In this document: piece after piece, positions 20,367 through 30,994 of the stretch
Layout: each line of letters starts with the position of its first letter
Numbering within the stretch: the stretch's first letter is position 1
NCBI GenBank assembly: GCA_037305845.1
Contig: CP147778.1
Span: 512,001 to 576,000, forward strand
Direction: 5' to 3'
DNA from: Candidatus Freyarchaeum deiterrae
GTDB taxonomy: Archaea; Asgardarchaeota; Jordiarchaeia; Jordiarchaeales; Jordiarchaeaceae
DNA: 64,000 bases
Made by a program: the position numbers and the translations under genes
The notes under the pieces: model-generated
Seen by the model: only the letters and a program-made list of their open reading frames with translations
The model's database searches: none
What the model was told of the DNA's origin: nothing

Positions 20367-20398
20367 GGTGGGAGTTATCCTCCCTACCCACTTTTTTT
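20367..20398 (+). terminator. Hairpin plus T-tract terminator
   Basis: ggtgggag-ttatc-ctccctacc followed by cacttttttt. Confidence 0.55.
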
Positions 20399-20438
20399 AA
20401 TTACTGAATTTTTTATTAAGGTAAAGAGAATTTTGCAG

Positions 20439-21332
20439 CTAGGGATTCTTTTTTAGAAATTTTTGGATGATTTTAACTATTTTTTCTGGAGCATCTTCTT
20501 GAAGAAAATGACTCGCCTCAGGTAACTCGTGAACTTCGGTTCCGGGGTAGATTTTGAGCCACGCATCTATAAACATTCTTGGAAAAACTGGGTCTTGTAG
20601 GCCCCAAATAAGTATCTTGGGTTTATTGCGTAGAAGGTCTAGTTTCTTACGAATGCCCATCATCACAGCTGCACTGGGGTGGTTCATTCCAACAGGGATA
20701 TCGCGTGGAAACGCTTTTGCGCCTATACATGATTCTTTGTCAGGAAATGGGGCTGTGTAAGCCCGAATCATGGTATCGGTAACTTTGGTATTCTTACCAA
20801 CTCCGCCTCCCTTTATTAAGGTGGGAAGTGTTTCTCGGAGATTGTCAAAAAAGCTATCATACCTGCCTTGCTCTTCCAAGTTACTTACCCAAGTAGGAGA
20901 ACCTTCAGGATAAATACCCACGCCAGTATTCATTATTACTAGTCGTTTAACTCTTTCAGTATTGTTTACCGCGAAGCCGAACATTATTGGCCCGCCCCAA
21001 TCTTGTACCACTAGGGTTATGTCTTTTAGATCTAATTCTAGAAGGAGTTTTGTTAGGTTGTCTATGTGTTGGGCTAGCGTGTAGGGTTTGTCTTGTGGTG
21101 CGTCGCTTTTACCGAATCCCATGTGGTCGGGTACGATTACCCGATTTGTTTTGGATAGTGGCGGGACGAATTTACGGTACAGGTAGCCCCACATGGGTTC
21201 TCCGTGTACGCAGACGATGGGTTCTCCTTTTCCCTCATCAACATAGTGCATTCTAAAACCGTTGATCGTTTTGAAATGAGGCTCAAAGGGGAATGTTCCA
21301 TCGAATGTTTCATGTAAAATATCTTCCTTCAA
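20439..21332 (-). CDS. Haloalkane dehalogenase-like alpha/beta hydrolase
   Basis: HGEP, PDxxGFGKSD, QDWGG nucleophile motif and HFLQED. Confidence 0.85.
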   Translation of the reverse strand: MKEDILHETFDGTFPFEPHFKTINGFRMHYVDEGKGEPIVCVHGEPMWGYLYRKFVPPLSKTNRVIVPDHMGFGKSDAPQDKPYTLAQHIDNLTKLLLELDLKDITLVVQDWGGPIMFGFAVNNTERVKRLVIMNTGVGIYPEGSPTWVSNLEEQGRYDSFFDNLRETLPTLIKGGGVGKNTKVTDTMIRAYTAPFPDKESCIGAKAFPRDIPVGMNHPSAAVMMGIRKKLDLLRNKPKILIWGLQDPVFPRMFIDAWLKIYPGTEVHELPEASHFLQEDAPEKIVKIIQKFLKKNP

Positions 21333-21398
21333 AGTGTATACCTCAAATATTATTTCAGAAAGCCTAATCCGGTAAAGGAATCTGCTCTAATTAAATAT

Positions 21399-22901
21399 TT
21401 AGGATCTGGTCACTATTATTGTGGAAATGGAGTGTGCGGGGAGCTTGTACTCTATTTTGTCTGGTAGTTGTGTGAATTCTTTCTGGCTTATGGTGATTTC
21501 GCTTTTTTGGTAATCGTTTGTTGTGTATATGTCTGGAGCGTTTATTTCTTTTATTAGCAGTTTTTCGTATGATCTCAGTTTAGGTATTTCTATTTCGGTT
21601 ATCATGTCTTTTTTGGGGTGAAAGTTTACTATGAAAACAGTGATTGTTTTGCTGTCCGAGCTCTTGGTTGCGGAGCAATCTATGTAGGGTATATCGGTTC
21701 TTTCTTTTAGGATGCCCAATGGTTCGAAGTCGAATTTTTGTGCGTATACTTCTGCGCTGATGGCGTATTTCTGGGTGTGTTCCCGGTAGAGTTTCAACAC
21801 TTCGTAGGAGGCTGTTTTTAAGACGTCCCCTCCGTTTGTTTGAAGGATTCCTGTGGCGTTTACCAGTTGAGCTATGTTAGCCATCTTTATTATGCTTGCC
21901 ATTTTGTGTATCTTGTTCAGCACGGAGGCTACCCACAACCCGTCTCTCATATTGTAGTTCGTGTGTATAAGCTGGTTGGAGTCCCACCAGAGATTCCACT
22001 CATCGAATGCGATTTTAATCCCATGGTTTTTGCCCATAACGGATTCTATGGTGTTCTTCACCCACTCGAGTATATCCTGAAACTTGAAGGATGAGGCTAT
22101 GATTCGCTTGTAGGTTTTAGGATCCTCCTTTATCTCCGAGCCCCCTTCCTCAGGGAGAGTCCCTGGGAAAAATAGGTGAATAGATAGATAGTTAATATAT
22201 TTGCCAGCTTTTTCAAGAACTGTTTTCGTCCAGTCGGGGAAACGCTGGTCCGAACCCACCGCCACCAGTTCTATTTTGGGGTCAACTTCCTTTACGGCAT
22301 CATGATATTCGATAAACTTTTCAGCATAATCTCCCGCAGACATATGACCGGTCTCCCAAGGTCCGTACAGCTCGTTTCCTACTCCCCAGTACTTGACTTT
22401 GTGGGGATTTGGGTTTCCATATTTTGTCCTTAGGGAGCCGAATTCACTGGATTCATCACCGTTACAGTATTCTACCCAGTTCGCCGCCTCCTCTGGAGTT
22501 CCCGAACCCACGTTCAGGTTAATGTAGGGCTCTGCCCCCACTCTCCTACAGAACATTATGAATTCATCTGTGCCGAACCGGTTACTCTCTTTTGGCCCAA
22601 ACTCCGGTCCCAGTTGACTCCAGGGTATGTTATCTCTCAACGGTCTCTCTTTAACTGGTCCAATTCCGTCCATCCAGTGATAATTATCAGAGAAGCGCCC
22701 TCCAGGCCATCGTATCACCGGTGGCTGCAAATCTCTAATGCTCTTTATTACCTCCTCGTTGAGAGCATCCTTTTCACTGTCCCAAATTCCCCCGTAGATG
22801 CATTTACCCAAGTGTTCTATGAAATGACCGTAAATACGCGGGTCGATTTCGCCCCAAACCTTTACTGGAAAAATTGAAACCGAAGCCTTATACAAATCCA
22901 A
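21399..22901 (-). CDS. abfA: GH51 alpha-L-arabinofuranosidase
   Basis: YGHFIEHLG, RWPGG, WGVGNE and FDEWN (catalytic Glu pair), AQLVN. Confidence 0.9.
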   Translation of the reverse strand: MDLYKASVSIFPVKVWGEIDPRIYGHFIEHLGKCIYGGIWDSEKDALNEEVIKSIRDLQPPVIRWPGGRFSDNYHWMDGIGPVKERPLRDNIPWSQLGPEFGPKESNRFGTDEFIMFCRRVGAEPYINLNVGSGTPEEAANWVEYCNGDESSEFGSLRTKYGNPNPHKVKYWGVGNELYGPWETGHMSAGDYAEKFIEYHDAVKEVDPKIELVAVGSDQRFPDWTKTVLEKAGKYINYLSIHLFFPGTLPEEGGSEIKEDPKTYKRIIASSFKFQDILEWVKNTIESVMGKNHGIKIAFDEWNLWWDSNQLIHTNYNMRDGLWVASVLNKIHKMASIIKMANIAQLVNATGILQTNGGDVLKTASYEVLKLYREHTQKYAISAEVYAQKFDFEPLGILKERTDIPYIDCSATKSSDSKTITVFIVNFHPKKDMITEIEIPKLRSYEKLLIKEINAPDIYTTNDYQKSEITISQKEFTQLPDKIEYKLPAHSISTIIVTRS

Positions 22902-22922
22902 GCCTCCAACAAAAACACCCGA

Positions 22923-22969
22923 GTGTAAAAAACACTATTTTCGACTCATTATAAAAGCATTACCTACAA
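22923..22969 (-). repeat. ~46-bp direct repeat, copy 1 (promoter of the GH51 gene)
   Basis: gtgtaaaaaacactattttcgactcattataaaagcattacctacaa; TTTTATAA on the minus strand. Confidence 0.75.
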
Positions 22970-23294
22970 TCCAGTAAACTCCCCAAAAGAATATCAAGAA
23001 ACAAGCCTCAAACGGCGAGATGAAATTAAAAAAAGGGTCTTATAAAGAATCGGAAACCTTGGGGGACGCTTTGAATCGGAGCCATTTACCGCAACTGTAA
23101 AATTTAAATAAGTGATATCTAGATAAGTACGTTAAAGGGTTTTAATGATGAAGGGAACAGGAGATTCGACTACTCTTACTAAACGGGTGTTTATCGCGTT
23201 CTGATTAACAGAAGGTATATCAAGGATGTTAAAGCAACGCGATGAGTCTTCGTTACTAAAATCTAAGAAGAACCAAAAGGGGTTGGAGTAGAGT

Positions 23295-24527
23295 ATGGAG
23301 AAAGGTTACAGTCTTATTCGCATAATGGTTTTAGCAGCCTTTTCTGCTGGTCTGGTTATCTACCTCTTGGGTTTAGTTGTAGGATTCCTTCAGGCTTTTA
23401 CCGTTTATATGTTCTACTCGTTTACTTCAAACAGTTACACTTTAATTCCTGTTTTCCAGTTTGAGGTTTATCCGACGTTCGTCTCAATAATCTCTCCTCT
23501 TCCTCTATCTTTTGAGAGACTGTCACCCTTAACTCTAATGTTTCTTGCTTTCGCTGTTTTGAGTGTTGTTTCCACCTACCTGAAGAAGTTTAGAATCGCC
23601 TTGTTATCATCGATCTTAACTTTTATACCTGCTGTTATGCAATTCACAGTTTTAACGACCCTAGTGGGAAGTGAGCCCACCGGACTTTCAGTTATGTTTC
23701 TACTAGCTTCCCCTATTTTCAATCCTATCACCTTGCTTATGGTGTTCTCCTCGAAAAACCTAGTCCTAATTATTCTACCAGCCTTCATCTTCGGAACTGG
23801 AATAATTGCCCTATTTGCCATATTTATGAAAGAGAAAGTAGTTCTGGTCGCAGCAACCCCTGTAAGAGGAGAGAACTTCAATGCTCTCAGATCAATCTTA
23901 ACCCAGCGAGCGATTGTATTTATTCCTTTTTTGGTATTAGGATATTTAGGTTTCCTACCGGGTTCAATGTTGCTTCTAACCGAGTTTCCACACTACCCTC
24001 TTTTAGCCTACTCCAGCTCCATAAGTAACTCCAATTTCTTCTTTGAATTCTTTATGGTTTACTCTGTTATGTATTATCTCACATATTTCCTGACGATTGG
24101 AATCTACAACCGTGCGATAAACCGCTTGGTTGAGGCTTGCATCCCCCTTCTGGCTAAAAAGCTGGATAAACAGAAACCAGTAATTTCTCTTTGGGAAGTT
24201 AAGGAAAAGCTTGGGCTTAAGTCCGCAAATAAAAGATTCTTTAAAACGGTGCTCAAGAGTGCCGCCCCAAAAGGTGACAAAGAGGGTTCGGTATACTTTG
24301 GATTGGCGGGAGACTATCTGTACCTTAAGGATCAATTATCTCTTATAGTGAGAGAGAGAATTAAGAACCAGGGAAAGGCGGATATTTATGAAATCGCCTC
24401 AGAAATCCAAGTAGACCCGAAGCTGCTTAGGACTATTTACTATAGGCTCAGAAGGGAAATGCTCTTTGAAGACTTAATGATCTCGAGAAATATTGTAACA
24501 CCTTTAAGGAGTGAAGAATACCCCTAA
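23295..24527 (+). CDS. Multi-pass membrane protein with C-terminal winged-helix-like domain(s)
   Basis: About 7 hydrophobic segments, then ISLWEVKEKLGL and DIYEIASEIQVD HTH-like segments. Confidence 0.7.
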   Translation: MEKGYSLIRIMVLAAFSAGLVIYLLGLVVGFLQAFTVYMFYSFTSNSYTLIPVFQFEVYPTFVSIISPLPLSFERLSPLTLMFLAFAVLSVVSTYLKKFRIALLSSILTFIPAVMQFTVLTTLVGSEPTGLSVMFLLASPIFNPITLLMVFSSKNLVLIILPAFIFGTGIIALFAIFMKEKVVLVAATPVRGENFNALRSILTQRAIVFIPFLVLGYLGFLPGSMLLLTEFPHYPLLAYSSSISNSNFFFEFFMVYSVMYYLTYFLTIGIYNRAINRLVEACIPLLAKKLDKQKPVISLWEVKEKLGLKSANKRFFKTVLKSAAPKGDKEGSVYFGLAGDYLYLKDQLSLIVRERIKNQGKADIYEIASEIQVDPKLLRTIYYRLRREMLFEDLMISRNIVTPLRSEEYP

Positions 24528-24548
24528 ATTTTTATGGCTTCTCCATGG

Positions 24549-24593
24549 GTGCAAAAACACTATTTTGACTCACTATAAAGGCATTACCCACAA
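24549..24593 (-). repeat. ~45-bp direct repeat, copy 2 (orphan promoter-like copy)
   Basis: gtgcaaaaacactattttgactcactataaaggcattacccacaa. Confidence 0.75.
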
Positions 24594-24912
24594 GACGACA
24601 ATCTTTCAAGGAGGATAGAATCTAGATGGAATATTAGGGTACTTGGGTGAGACCCACTCGAGCTTAACGATATTCAGTGATGTAAGAAGGGATTTTAGTG
24701 GGAGCTGGATAGGGGACTAGTAAAAAAACCAAAAAAAGGATGATTGTTTGATTGATTACTTCTAGGGAATTAGTTCTTTGTAGAAATAAAGAGGATGGTT
24801 GAATCAAAGTTTATTTCTAGATGGTTTTTATGCAGTCGTAATTTTCTTCTGGGGATTTATGGTGGTGAACAGTCTAAGAGAAAGTAAATCTGGTAGGTTG
24901 AGTTTGAGATCT

Positions 24913-26634
24913 CTAGGATGCTTCGCCTTTTTCCTTTTGTTTCTTTATTTCCTCTTCCCGTAACTTTCTCTTGAATATCTTCTCGGTAGCGGTTAGTGGT
25001 AAGTCGTCCCTGAACTCAATGAACTTGGGTATAGCGTAGGGTGGAAGGTGTTGCTTACAGTAGTTTATGATTTCCTCTTCCAATTGTTTGCTGGGCTCGT
25101 ATCCATCTTTGAGCTTGATGAATGCTTTTATTCTTTCGCTGCCTGGGCGCTTAGGGTCAGGAATTCCTATTGCTGCTGCTCTGGAAACTGCTGGATGCTC
25201 GTATATAACGTCGTCGACTACGCGTCCGTACACTTTGTAGCCTGAAATGTTTATCATGTCTTTGATACGGTCGACTACGTAGAAGTAGCCGTCTTCGTCC
25301 ATCTTGCAGATGTCCCCGGTGTATATCCATCCTTCCTTTAAACCATTGCCGGGAGTGGGCCAGTATCCTTTCATAACTTGTGGTCCACGGATGATCATTT
25401 CTCCTGGTTCTCCAACTGGCAGATCTTGGGTTCCGGTTTCAAGGTCGACGATTCTCACATCTGTTTCGGGTACGGGTATACCTATGGATCCGATCTTAAG
25501 TGGCAGGTCAATACTAACGCCGACTCCCTTAAGTATAGTCACAAAATTTGAGTGAGTGACCGGACTTGTCTCGGATAACCCGTAACCCTCACTCACGAGT
25601 ATATCCGCCTTCTTTTCATAGGTTTTGGAGACCTCAGGAGGGAGAGCCGCTGAGCCGCTGAAGGGAATAGACCCCATTAGTTCTTTCAGGTCAACACCCT
25701 TAGCCTCTGCCAACCGCATGAATTGAGTGGGGACCGCTGGTGCAAATAGTGGTTTATATTTTTTCAAGAGTTCGTAAATCAGCGCATCATTCCTAGGGTC
25801 TGGAACTAAAAGCAAAGTCCCCGCCCAGTTTAGGGCTAAGTTCATGGAGCAAGTCAATCCATAGATGTGGGAAAACGGGATGGCTCCAAGTACAGAGAAT
25901 TCGCCACTGTAGACATCCAGTATTATGCCTGCGGTTGGACCGAAGGTCTGTAAAACGTTTGTCGACAAGTTGTGGTGGGTGAGCATTACCCCCTTGGGTA
26001 GGCCCGTCGTGCCGCCCGTAAAGATTAAAACTGCTACATCCTCCATTGGTTCGATTTCAACTTTGGGAGGATTTGGTTCGGCTGAACTTATCAAATTCCT
26101 TAGTTGCAGGGTGCCTTCTATCTCATTAATTTCTGGTTCTTCTTCGGCCGAATAGTCATTGACGGATGTACATATTACCTGCTCAAGCTTTGTTTCTCCC
26201 TTTATTGAGGCTATATCTTTTAACTTCTCGTCCAGCGTGATTATCGCTTTCGCCCCAGACATTTTAAGCAGGTAAGTAAGATCGGCAAGCGGTAGCAAGG
26301 GGTTGAACAATCCGACGGTTGCTCCCGCTTTTAGGCTGCCGTAAACGCTGATGATGAACTGGGGTGAGTTCCAACATTGCACGCCTATGACGTCGCCTTT
26401 ATTAACCCCCAACTCAGAGAGAGCCGATGCAAGTTTATCCACATGGGATTTGAGCTCGGTATAAGTGTATTCTCTCCCCAAGTATATAGCCGCCTTGCTA
26501 TTTGGAAATTTTCTTGCAGACCTATCTATTATCTCAAACAAAGGAATTTCTGGGTACTCAAAAGTACTCTCAAGTCCTAATTGAGTGTATATCTTCATCC
26601 AAGGTTTGTCGGCATATGTGATATTCTCAGTCAT
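24913..26634 (-). CDS. fadD: Long-chain fatty acid--CoA ligase
   Basis: FTGGTTGLPKG, GYGLSETSP, TGD and DRxKDMI motifs. Confidence 0.92.
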   Translation of the reverse strand: MTENITYADKPWMKIYTQLGLESTFEYPEIPLFEIIDRSARKFPNSKAAIYLGREYTYTELKSHVDKLASALSELGVNKGDVIGVQCWNSPQFIISVYGSLKAGATVGLFNPLLPLADLTYLLKMSGAKAIITLDEKLKDIASIKGETKLEQVICTSVNDYSAEEEPEINEIEGTLQLRNLISSAEPNPPKVEIEPMEDVAVLIFTGGTTGLPKGVMLTHHNLSTNVLQTFGPTAGIILDVYSGEFSVLGAIPFSHIYGLTCSMNLALNWAGTLLLVPDPRNDALIYELLKKYKPLFAPAVPTQFMRLAEAKGVDLKELMGSIPFSGSAALPPEVSKTYEKKADILVSEGYGLSETSPVTHSNFVTILKGVGVSIDLPLKIGSIGIPVPETDVRIVDLETGTQDLPVGEPGEMIIRGPQVMKGYWPTPGNGLKEGWIYTGDICKMDEDGYFYVVDRIKDMINISGYKVYGRVVDDVIYEHPAVSRAAAIGIPDPKRPGSERIKAFIKLKDGYEPSKQLEEEIINYCKQHLPPYAIPKFIEFRDDLPLTATEKIFKRKLREEEIKKQKEKGEAS

Positions 26635-26841
26635 CTTTTACTTGCCTCCAATTGTTCATTAAACTTTAAAACCTCCATTTTTGAAGTACAGCTATCTCCT
26701 CCCTTAGTTCTCCAACCCCTATCTCATCTCAACAATAACAAAAGGTATTTTTAACATCAATTCCTCATTTAACTTCAAACATTTTTTCTTCTTTACTCTT
26801 CGACTCTCCCTCACAAAATTTACTCTATCTTAAATACCACG

Positions 26842-27102
26842 CCTCCTCGATTTTGAGGGAAACTCTCCGACTCCTAATTTTCAAATTCCTAGGTCAGTGA
26901 ATGTTTTTTCGGCTTTGATAACATTCGACAGCGCTGTGATTTATGATTGGTTCTTTCCTTTAGCTACTAGTTTTCTTTTGCTCCTCTCTTTTTCTCTTCT
27001 CCGGGGTTCTCCAACTAATTGAGGAGATAAAGCCCACACATATTTTTTTAATACCGTATTTTTACGGCATAGATACCATATTTTTTTGGTATAATATATA
27101 AA
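26842..27102 (-). promoter_or_regulatory. Repeated regulatory leader, copy A (TATA, two 20-bp operators, structured leader) upstream of fadD
   Basis: TTTATATA at 27102-27095; palindromes at 27073-27092 and 27051-27070; homologous to 31237-31478 and 30226-30475. Confidence 0.85.
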
Positions 27103-27380
27103 TTTTACTCCCACCATGGCATGGGTAACGGAGATTTGTTCAGATTCTCTTTTTCAGGAGAATTGTTTTTGATATTCTTTTTCAATTTCAAGCATTTTTG
27201 CAACTCGAACTACTCTCGCTGCTCGTGTTCCAAGGCTGACATTTTTAATATTTTATTTCGTCGAATGATGTAATAAAGCATCTTTCTCCATATCTATAAC
27301 AGGAACAATCTGCATCATTCAAAGGTGGGCAGGAGATAAAGAACAAATAATTAAAAAAAGCATAATAGTTCGTAGAAAAA

Positions 27381-28070
27381 TTACTTGTTAGTGAGCTTAA
27401 AATTTGTGATGTCCATATAGGTGTAACCATTTCTGGGAACTTTTTGGGTTTCAAGTATTTTGATTCTTTTCTTGAATATTGGGCCGTCGTAAACGAATGT
27501 GTGATACTCGCCCAGCTCGCCTAGGATGTCAACCTCATGGTCTTTCTTAACTTCGAGCAGTTCATTAAGAAAGTCTTGGTCCAGTTTGCGCCCCAGCCAC
27601 TCGTCTCCCAAGAATTCCTTTTTAACCATAATAACGATTGCTTTGAAGCCCAAGCTGATAAGCTCTCTGAAAACATTCTCGGGATCATCGCCGAAAAGAG
27701 GTGATAGTGCTTTTATTCCCAGCTCTTTGCATACCCGCTCATTCCATTCTCGGTGTTCTGTAATTTCTTCCACATCCCCGAAGATACATCCTTCTATTCC
27801 TTTGGGCTTCAGCGCGTTAACCTGTTCCTTGAATCCCTGCTCGTAAGTCTCCCAAGTAACCTCCTTCATGACTATTGGAATTTCTAAGGCTTCGGATTGA
27901 GTCTTCAAAAGTTTAACGTTGAGTGCGTGCGCCATGGACCTGCCGCTGCTTGACACAAAACTCATCAGATAGGGAACCTTAACACCCTGATGGAGAGCCC
28001 TGTAAAGAGAAAGCGTGCTATCCTTGCCGCCACTCCAAGAAATAACAAATTTGGACAAAATAATCACCAA
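27381..28070 (-). CDS. Diphthine--ammonia ligase (Dph6/MJ0570)-family PP-loop ATPase
   Basis: SWSGGKDS, FGD and GExGEYHTFVxDGP motifs. Confidence 0.85.
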   Translation of the reverse strand: MVIILSKFVISWSGGKDSTLSLYRALHQGVKVPYLMSFVSSSGRSMAHALNVKLLKTQSEALEIPIVMKEVTWETYEQGFKEQVNALKPKGIEGCIFGDVEEITEHREWNERVCKELGIKALSPLFGDDPENVFRELISLGFKAIVIMVKKEFLGDEWLGRKLDQDFLNELLEVKKDHEVDILGELGEYHTFVYDGPIFKKRIKILETQKVPRNGYTYMDITNFKLTNK

Positions 28071-28319
28071 CCAAAAACAATCAGAACACAGAGCACTTCT
28101 AACAGTTATAAAAACTTTGCCTTCAGATTGGTTAAATCATAATTAGCTTGTTAATCATGGAATTCTCGCTACAACGTATAGAATTTAATGGGAGAATCTG
28201 ATAAAATTGTAATAAGGAGCATAACATGAGTACACCTTATGGATGTTTAAACAGAAAGATTCAATATCATTTTTTGGGTGTAACCTGCATAATAACGAGT
28301 TTGAGGATTAATTATTCTG

Positions 28320-29936
28320 GTGGTGGTGTTTTCCTTGCCGGATGGGGTTCCAATTGTTTTAACCGCGGATAGAACGTTGATGAGCAATTATATTGGCGGT
28401 ATGTTTCTGGGCTTCAGCTCATGTGTTCCCGCAGGCTTTATATCTCCCTACTTATACTTCAAAATTTTCTGTCCTCCAGTTCAAACCAGCAGAGAAGGAG
28501 CCGCGGTGTTGGCACCCTATGGAACGAGAAAGATTGAAGCCGCACTACTCAACTGTGGATTTGACGAGAAAGATGTAATGGTTGTTAGCCCCGAACAGCT
28601 TTCGAGGGCCGTTGGCCCCGACACAAAAGTTCTGGGTATAACCGAAACTGACCCTCTGGGAATCGGGCCCGCAACCACAACCTTCAGAGGCTTGTTCGGC
28701 GGTTATCCCCAAATGGCTTGGATGTTTCTCCAGATTCTACTAAAAACCCGTTTAAACAAATTCAAACCAAAAATAATTGTGGGAGGCCCGGGAGCTTGGC
28801 AGCTCGAAGAAGAGTACAATAGAAGAGTATTAGGTATAGACAGCGTAGTGATTGGTGAGGGCGAAATTGTTGTGCCTCCTCTCTTCGAAAAAGCAGTAAA
28901 GGGAGAAAGCATCCCAGGAGTTGTGTATAGCGATCCGGTACCCGAGGAGGAGATACCTCTTATAAGGAGACCTAGTGTTTGTGGGCTGGTGGAGATTGCC
29001 AGGGGATGTGGAAGAGGATGCAAATTCTGCACACCTACTCTCAAAAGTTTCCGGTGTCAACCAGTTGACTATATTCTCAAGGAGGTAGAGGTGAACGTCA
29101 AGGCGGGAAACTTCTCCATACTTCTCCACGCGGAAGATGTGTTAAGATATAAAGCAAACGGTTTACGCATAAATAGCGAAGCGGTTTCAAGTCTCTTCAA
29201 GACTGTTAAGAAATATCCGGGGGTGGGATCAGTGGAAATAAGTCACTTCGCTCTAAGCTCTGCGGCCGCTGCTCCACACCTCGTTGAGAGCATCTCCGAC
29301 ATCCTTGAGCTTGATTCTAAAAACTGGTTGAGTGGGCAGACCGGTATAGAGACCGGTAGCCCGAGAATGATCAAAAACCACATGCTGGGAAAGTGCAAAC
29401 CGTTCAAACCGGAGGAATGGTCGGAGACCGTTGTTCAGGCTTTCGAGATGTTAAGTGAAAATTATTGGGTTCCAGTCTCTACTCTAATTTTGGGACTGCC
29501 TGAAGAAACGGAGGAAGATATTTTTGACACTTTACATCTCATTAGAGAGTTGAGGAGTTTTAAGAGCATGATTGTGCCCCTGTTCTTCGTAGCCATGGGA
29601 ACTCTGGAAAAGGAAAAATCTTTCACACTAAACGATATGAAAGCTGCACACACCGAACTCCTTCTTGAATGCTGGGAGCACAACCTCAACTGGTTGCCAG
29701 AGCTCGTTAATGAGTATCGGGGAATAAACAGTCTAGTCAGAAGAAAGGTTATATCTCTTATAACTGGGTTTGCTTCTATTTTTGCGAGGCAAATATTTCA
29801 GATATGCCGAGAAGATTATGAAAACGATATCCAAAGTTTTATCAATGACTACAATGCGGGCAAAGTCCGCAGAGGTTTTCTAAGATTAACCAAATTAGTT
29901 GACCACTTCCAAAAACTCCGTACAGAAAGCAAATAA
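28320..29936 (+). CDS. Radical SAM protein resembling the GDGT ring synthase (Grs)/GMGT synthase (Gms) family
   Basis: GCGRGCKFC; IVLTADRTLMS, APYGxRKIEAAL, DPLGxGP, GGPGAWQL and GIETGSPR blocks. The subfamily call is from recall. Confidence 0.7.
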   Translation: MVVFSLPDGVPIVLTADRTLMSNYIGGMFLGFSSCVPAGFISPYLYFKIFCPPVQTSREGAAVLAPYGTRKIEAALLNCGFDEKDVMVVSPEQLSRAVGPDTKVLGITETDPLGIGPATTTFRGLFGGYPQMAWMFLQILLKTRLNKFKPKIIVGGPGAWQLEEEYNRRVLGIDSVVIGEGEIVVPPLFEKAVKGESIPGVVYSDPVPEEEIPLIRRPSVCGLVEIARGCGRGCKFCTPTLKSFRCQPVDYILKEVEVNVKAGNFSILLHAEDVLRYKANGLRINSEAVSSLFKTVKKYPGVGSVEISHFALSSAAAAPHLVESISDILELDSKNWLSGQTGIETGSPRMIKNHMLGKCKPFKPEEWSETVVQAFEMLSENYWVPVSTLILGLPEETEEDIFDTLHLIRELRSFKSMIVPLFFVAMGTLEKEKSFTLNDMKAAHTELLLECWEHNLNWLPELVNEYRGINSLVRRKVISLITGFASIFARQIFQICREDYENDIQSFINDYNAGKVRRGFLRLTKLVDHFQKLRTESK

Positions 29937-30225
29937 GTACCACAGTCTTAAAGCCTTACCTCGCCCTTAAATAACTTAAAATATTCGAGCCTAAAAGGGA
30001 AAAGCCAGTTTAGTTCCAAAAATTTTGATAATTAATGTAATGTCCAGAATCAATCTGCTCTAATCAGGAAAAGGAAAGAGGCTATTATCCAGTATAGGAA
30101 AAAATAACTATCTGCAACCTAATTGTGGGAGAGGTAGGTTCCACTGCATGTACATTTTTCTTTTCTAACCACTTCCAGAAATCTACACGATTGAAAAAGG
30201 GGATCTCTTCGCTATTTCTGAAAGA

Positions 30226-30475
30226 TTTATATAGGTGCAGTTTCAAAAAACATGGAATAATAAAACAATCAGTGGATTTTCCTCAATAGTTAGAGAACTC
30301 TCCGGAATAAGCTAAGGGTGTTGGAATGAAATCTGAAGAGAGGCTATTAACGATAAGGCGCAGTCCACTTTGTTTACGCCAAACGGAAAAGCATGTTGTT
30401 AATCCTGAGAGCGATTGGGACACGTTAGGAGTCTTGAGAGTTCGCCTTAATGAATAAGATTAAGGAGGTTTTGTA
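30226..30475 (+). promoter_or_regulatory. Repeated regulatory leader, copy C (diverged), upstream of SCP2 gene 1
   Basis: TTTATATA, degenerate operator, cctcaatagttagagaactctccgga...ttaggagtcttgagagttc, then a ccttaat/attaagg hairpin over the RBS. Confidence 0.7.
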
Positions 30476-30994
30476 ATGAATAATGCTGGAGAAGAAATAA
30501 TAAATCTGACTAAAAATATAAGAGGCCAGTATGCGGGCCTTTTAGAATTGAGACCAGACCTACCGCGGGAGTTAATCAAGGCTCTAGAGGAGAGCGACGT
30601 TAAGAAGAGCAGTATCGAGTCCCCTCAAGTATCGGATGCATTTACGGAGCTTCTGTGGGGAGTGATAGGCGCATTGGTTGAAAGAAAACCAGAACTGAAA
30701 AAAATAGTGACGGACGCAGGGAATATCAAAATCACCTACGAAGCTACAGACAGCCCTATGAAGGGACATTATGAGTTAAGCGCCGGAAAGATCACAGGCG
30801 GAGCGGGGGCGACAAAGCCCTACGACCTCAGGGTAACAGGCCCCACAGATGTTCTAACAAAACTAACCACAGGAGCCATCGATTCAACACAAGCGTTTAT
30901 GACCGGCCAGTACAAGCTAGAGGGAAACTTGGCTATTGGGATGAAACTGACACCAGTAAGCAAGAAAATAGCCGAAGTTCTTAGAGGCAAATAG
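30476..30994 (+). CDS. SCP2 sterol/lipid-binding domain protein 1
   Basis: AFMTGQYKLEGNLAIGMKL SCP2 signature. Confidence 0.85.
   Translation: MNNAGEEIINLTKNIRGQYAGLLELRPDLPRELIKALEESDVKKSSIESPQVSDAFTELLWGVIGALVERKPELKKIVTDAGNIKITYEATDSPMKGHYELSAGKITGGAGATKPYDLRVTGPTDVLTKLTTGAIDSTQAFMTGQYKLEGNLAIGMKLTPVSKKIAEVLRGK

Noticed and set aside
23040-23105. accgcaactgtaa resembling the cobalamin riboswitch core
   Set aside because: The upstream GGGAA..CGGTG..AATCCG elements and the B12 box are absent.
27130-27454. 69-aa ORF and a possible frameshifted continuation
   Set aside because: It overlaps the Dph6-like gene and has no recognisable homology.
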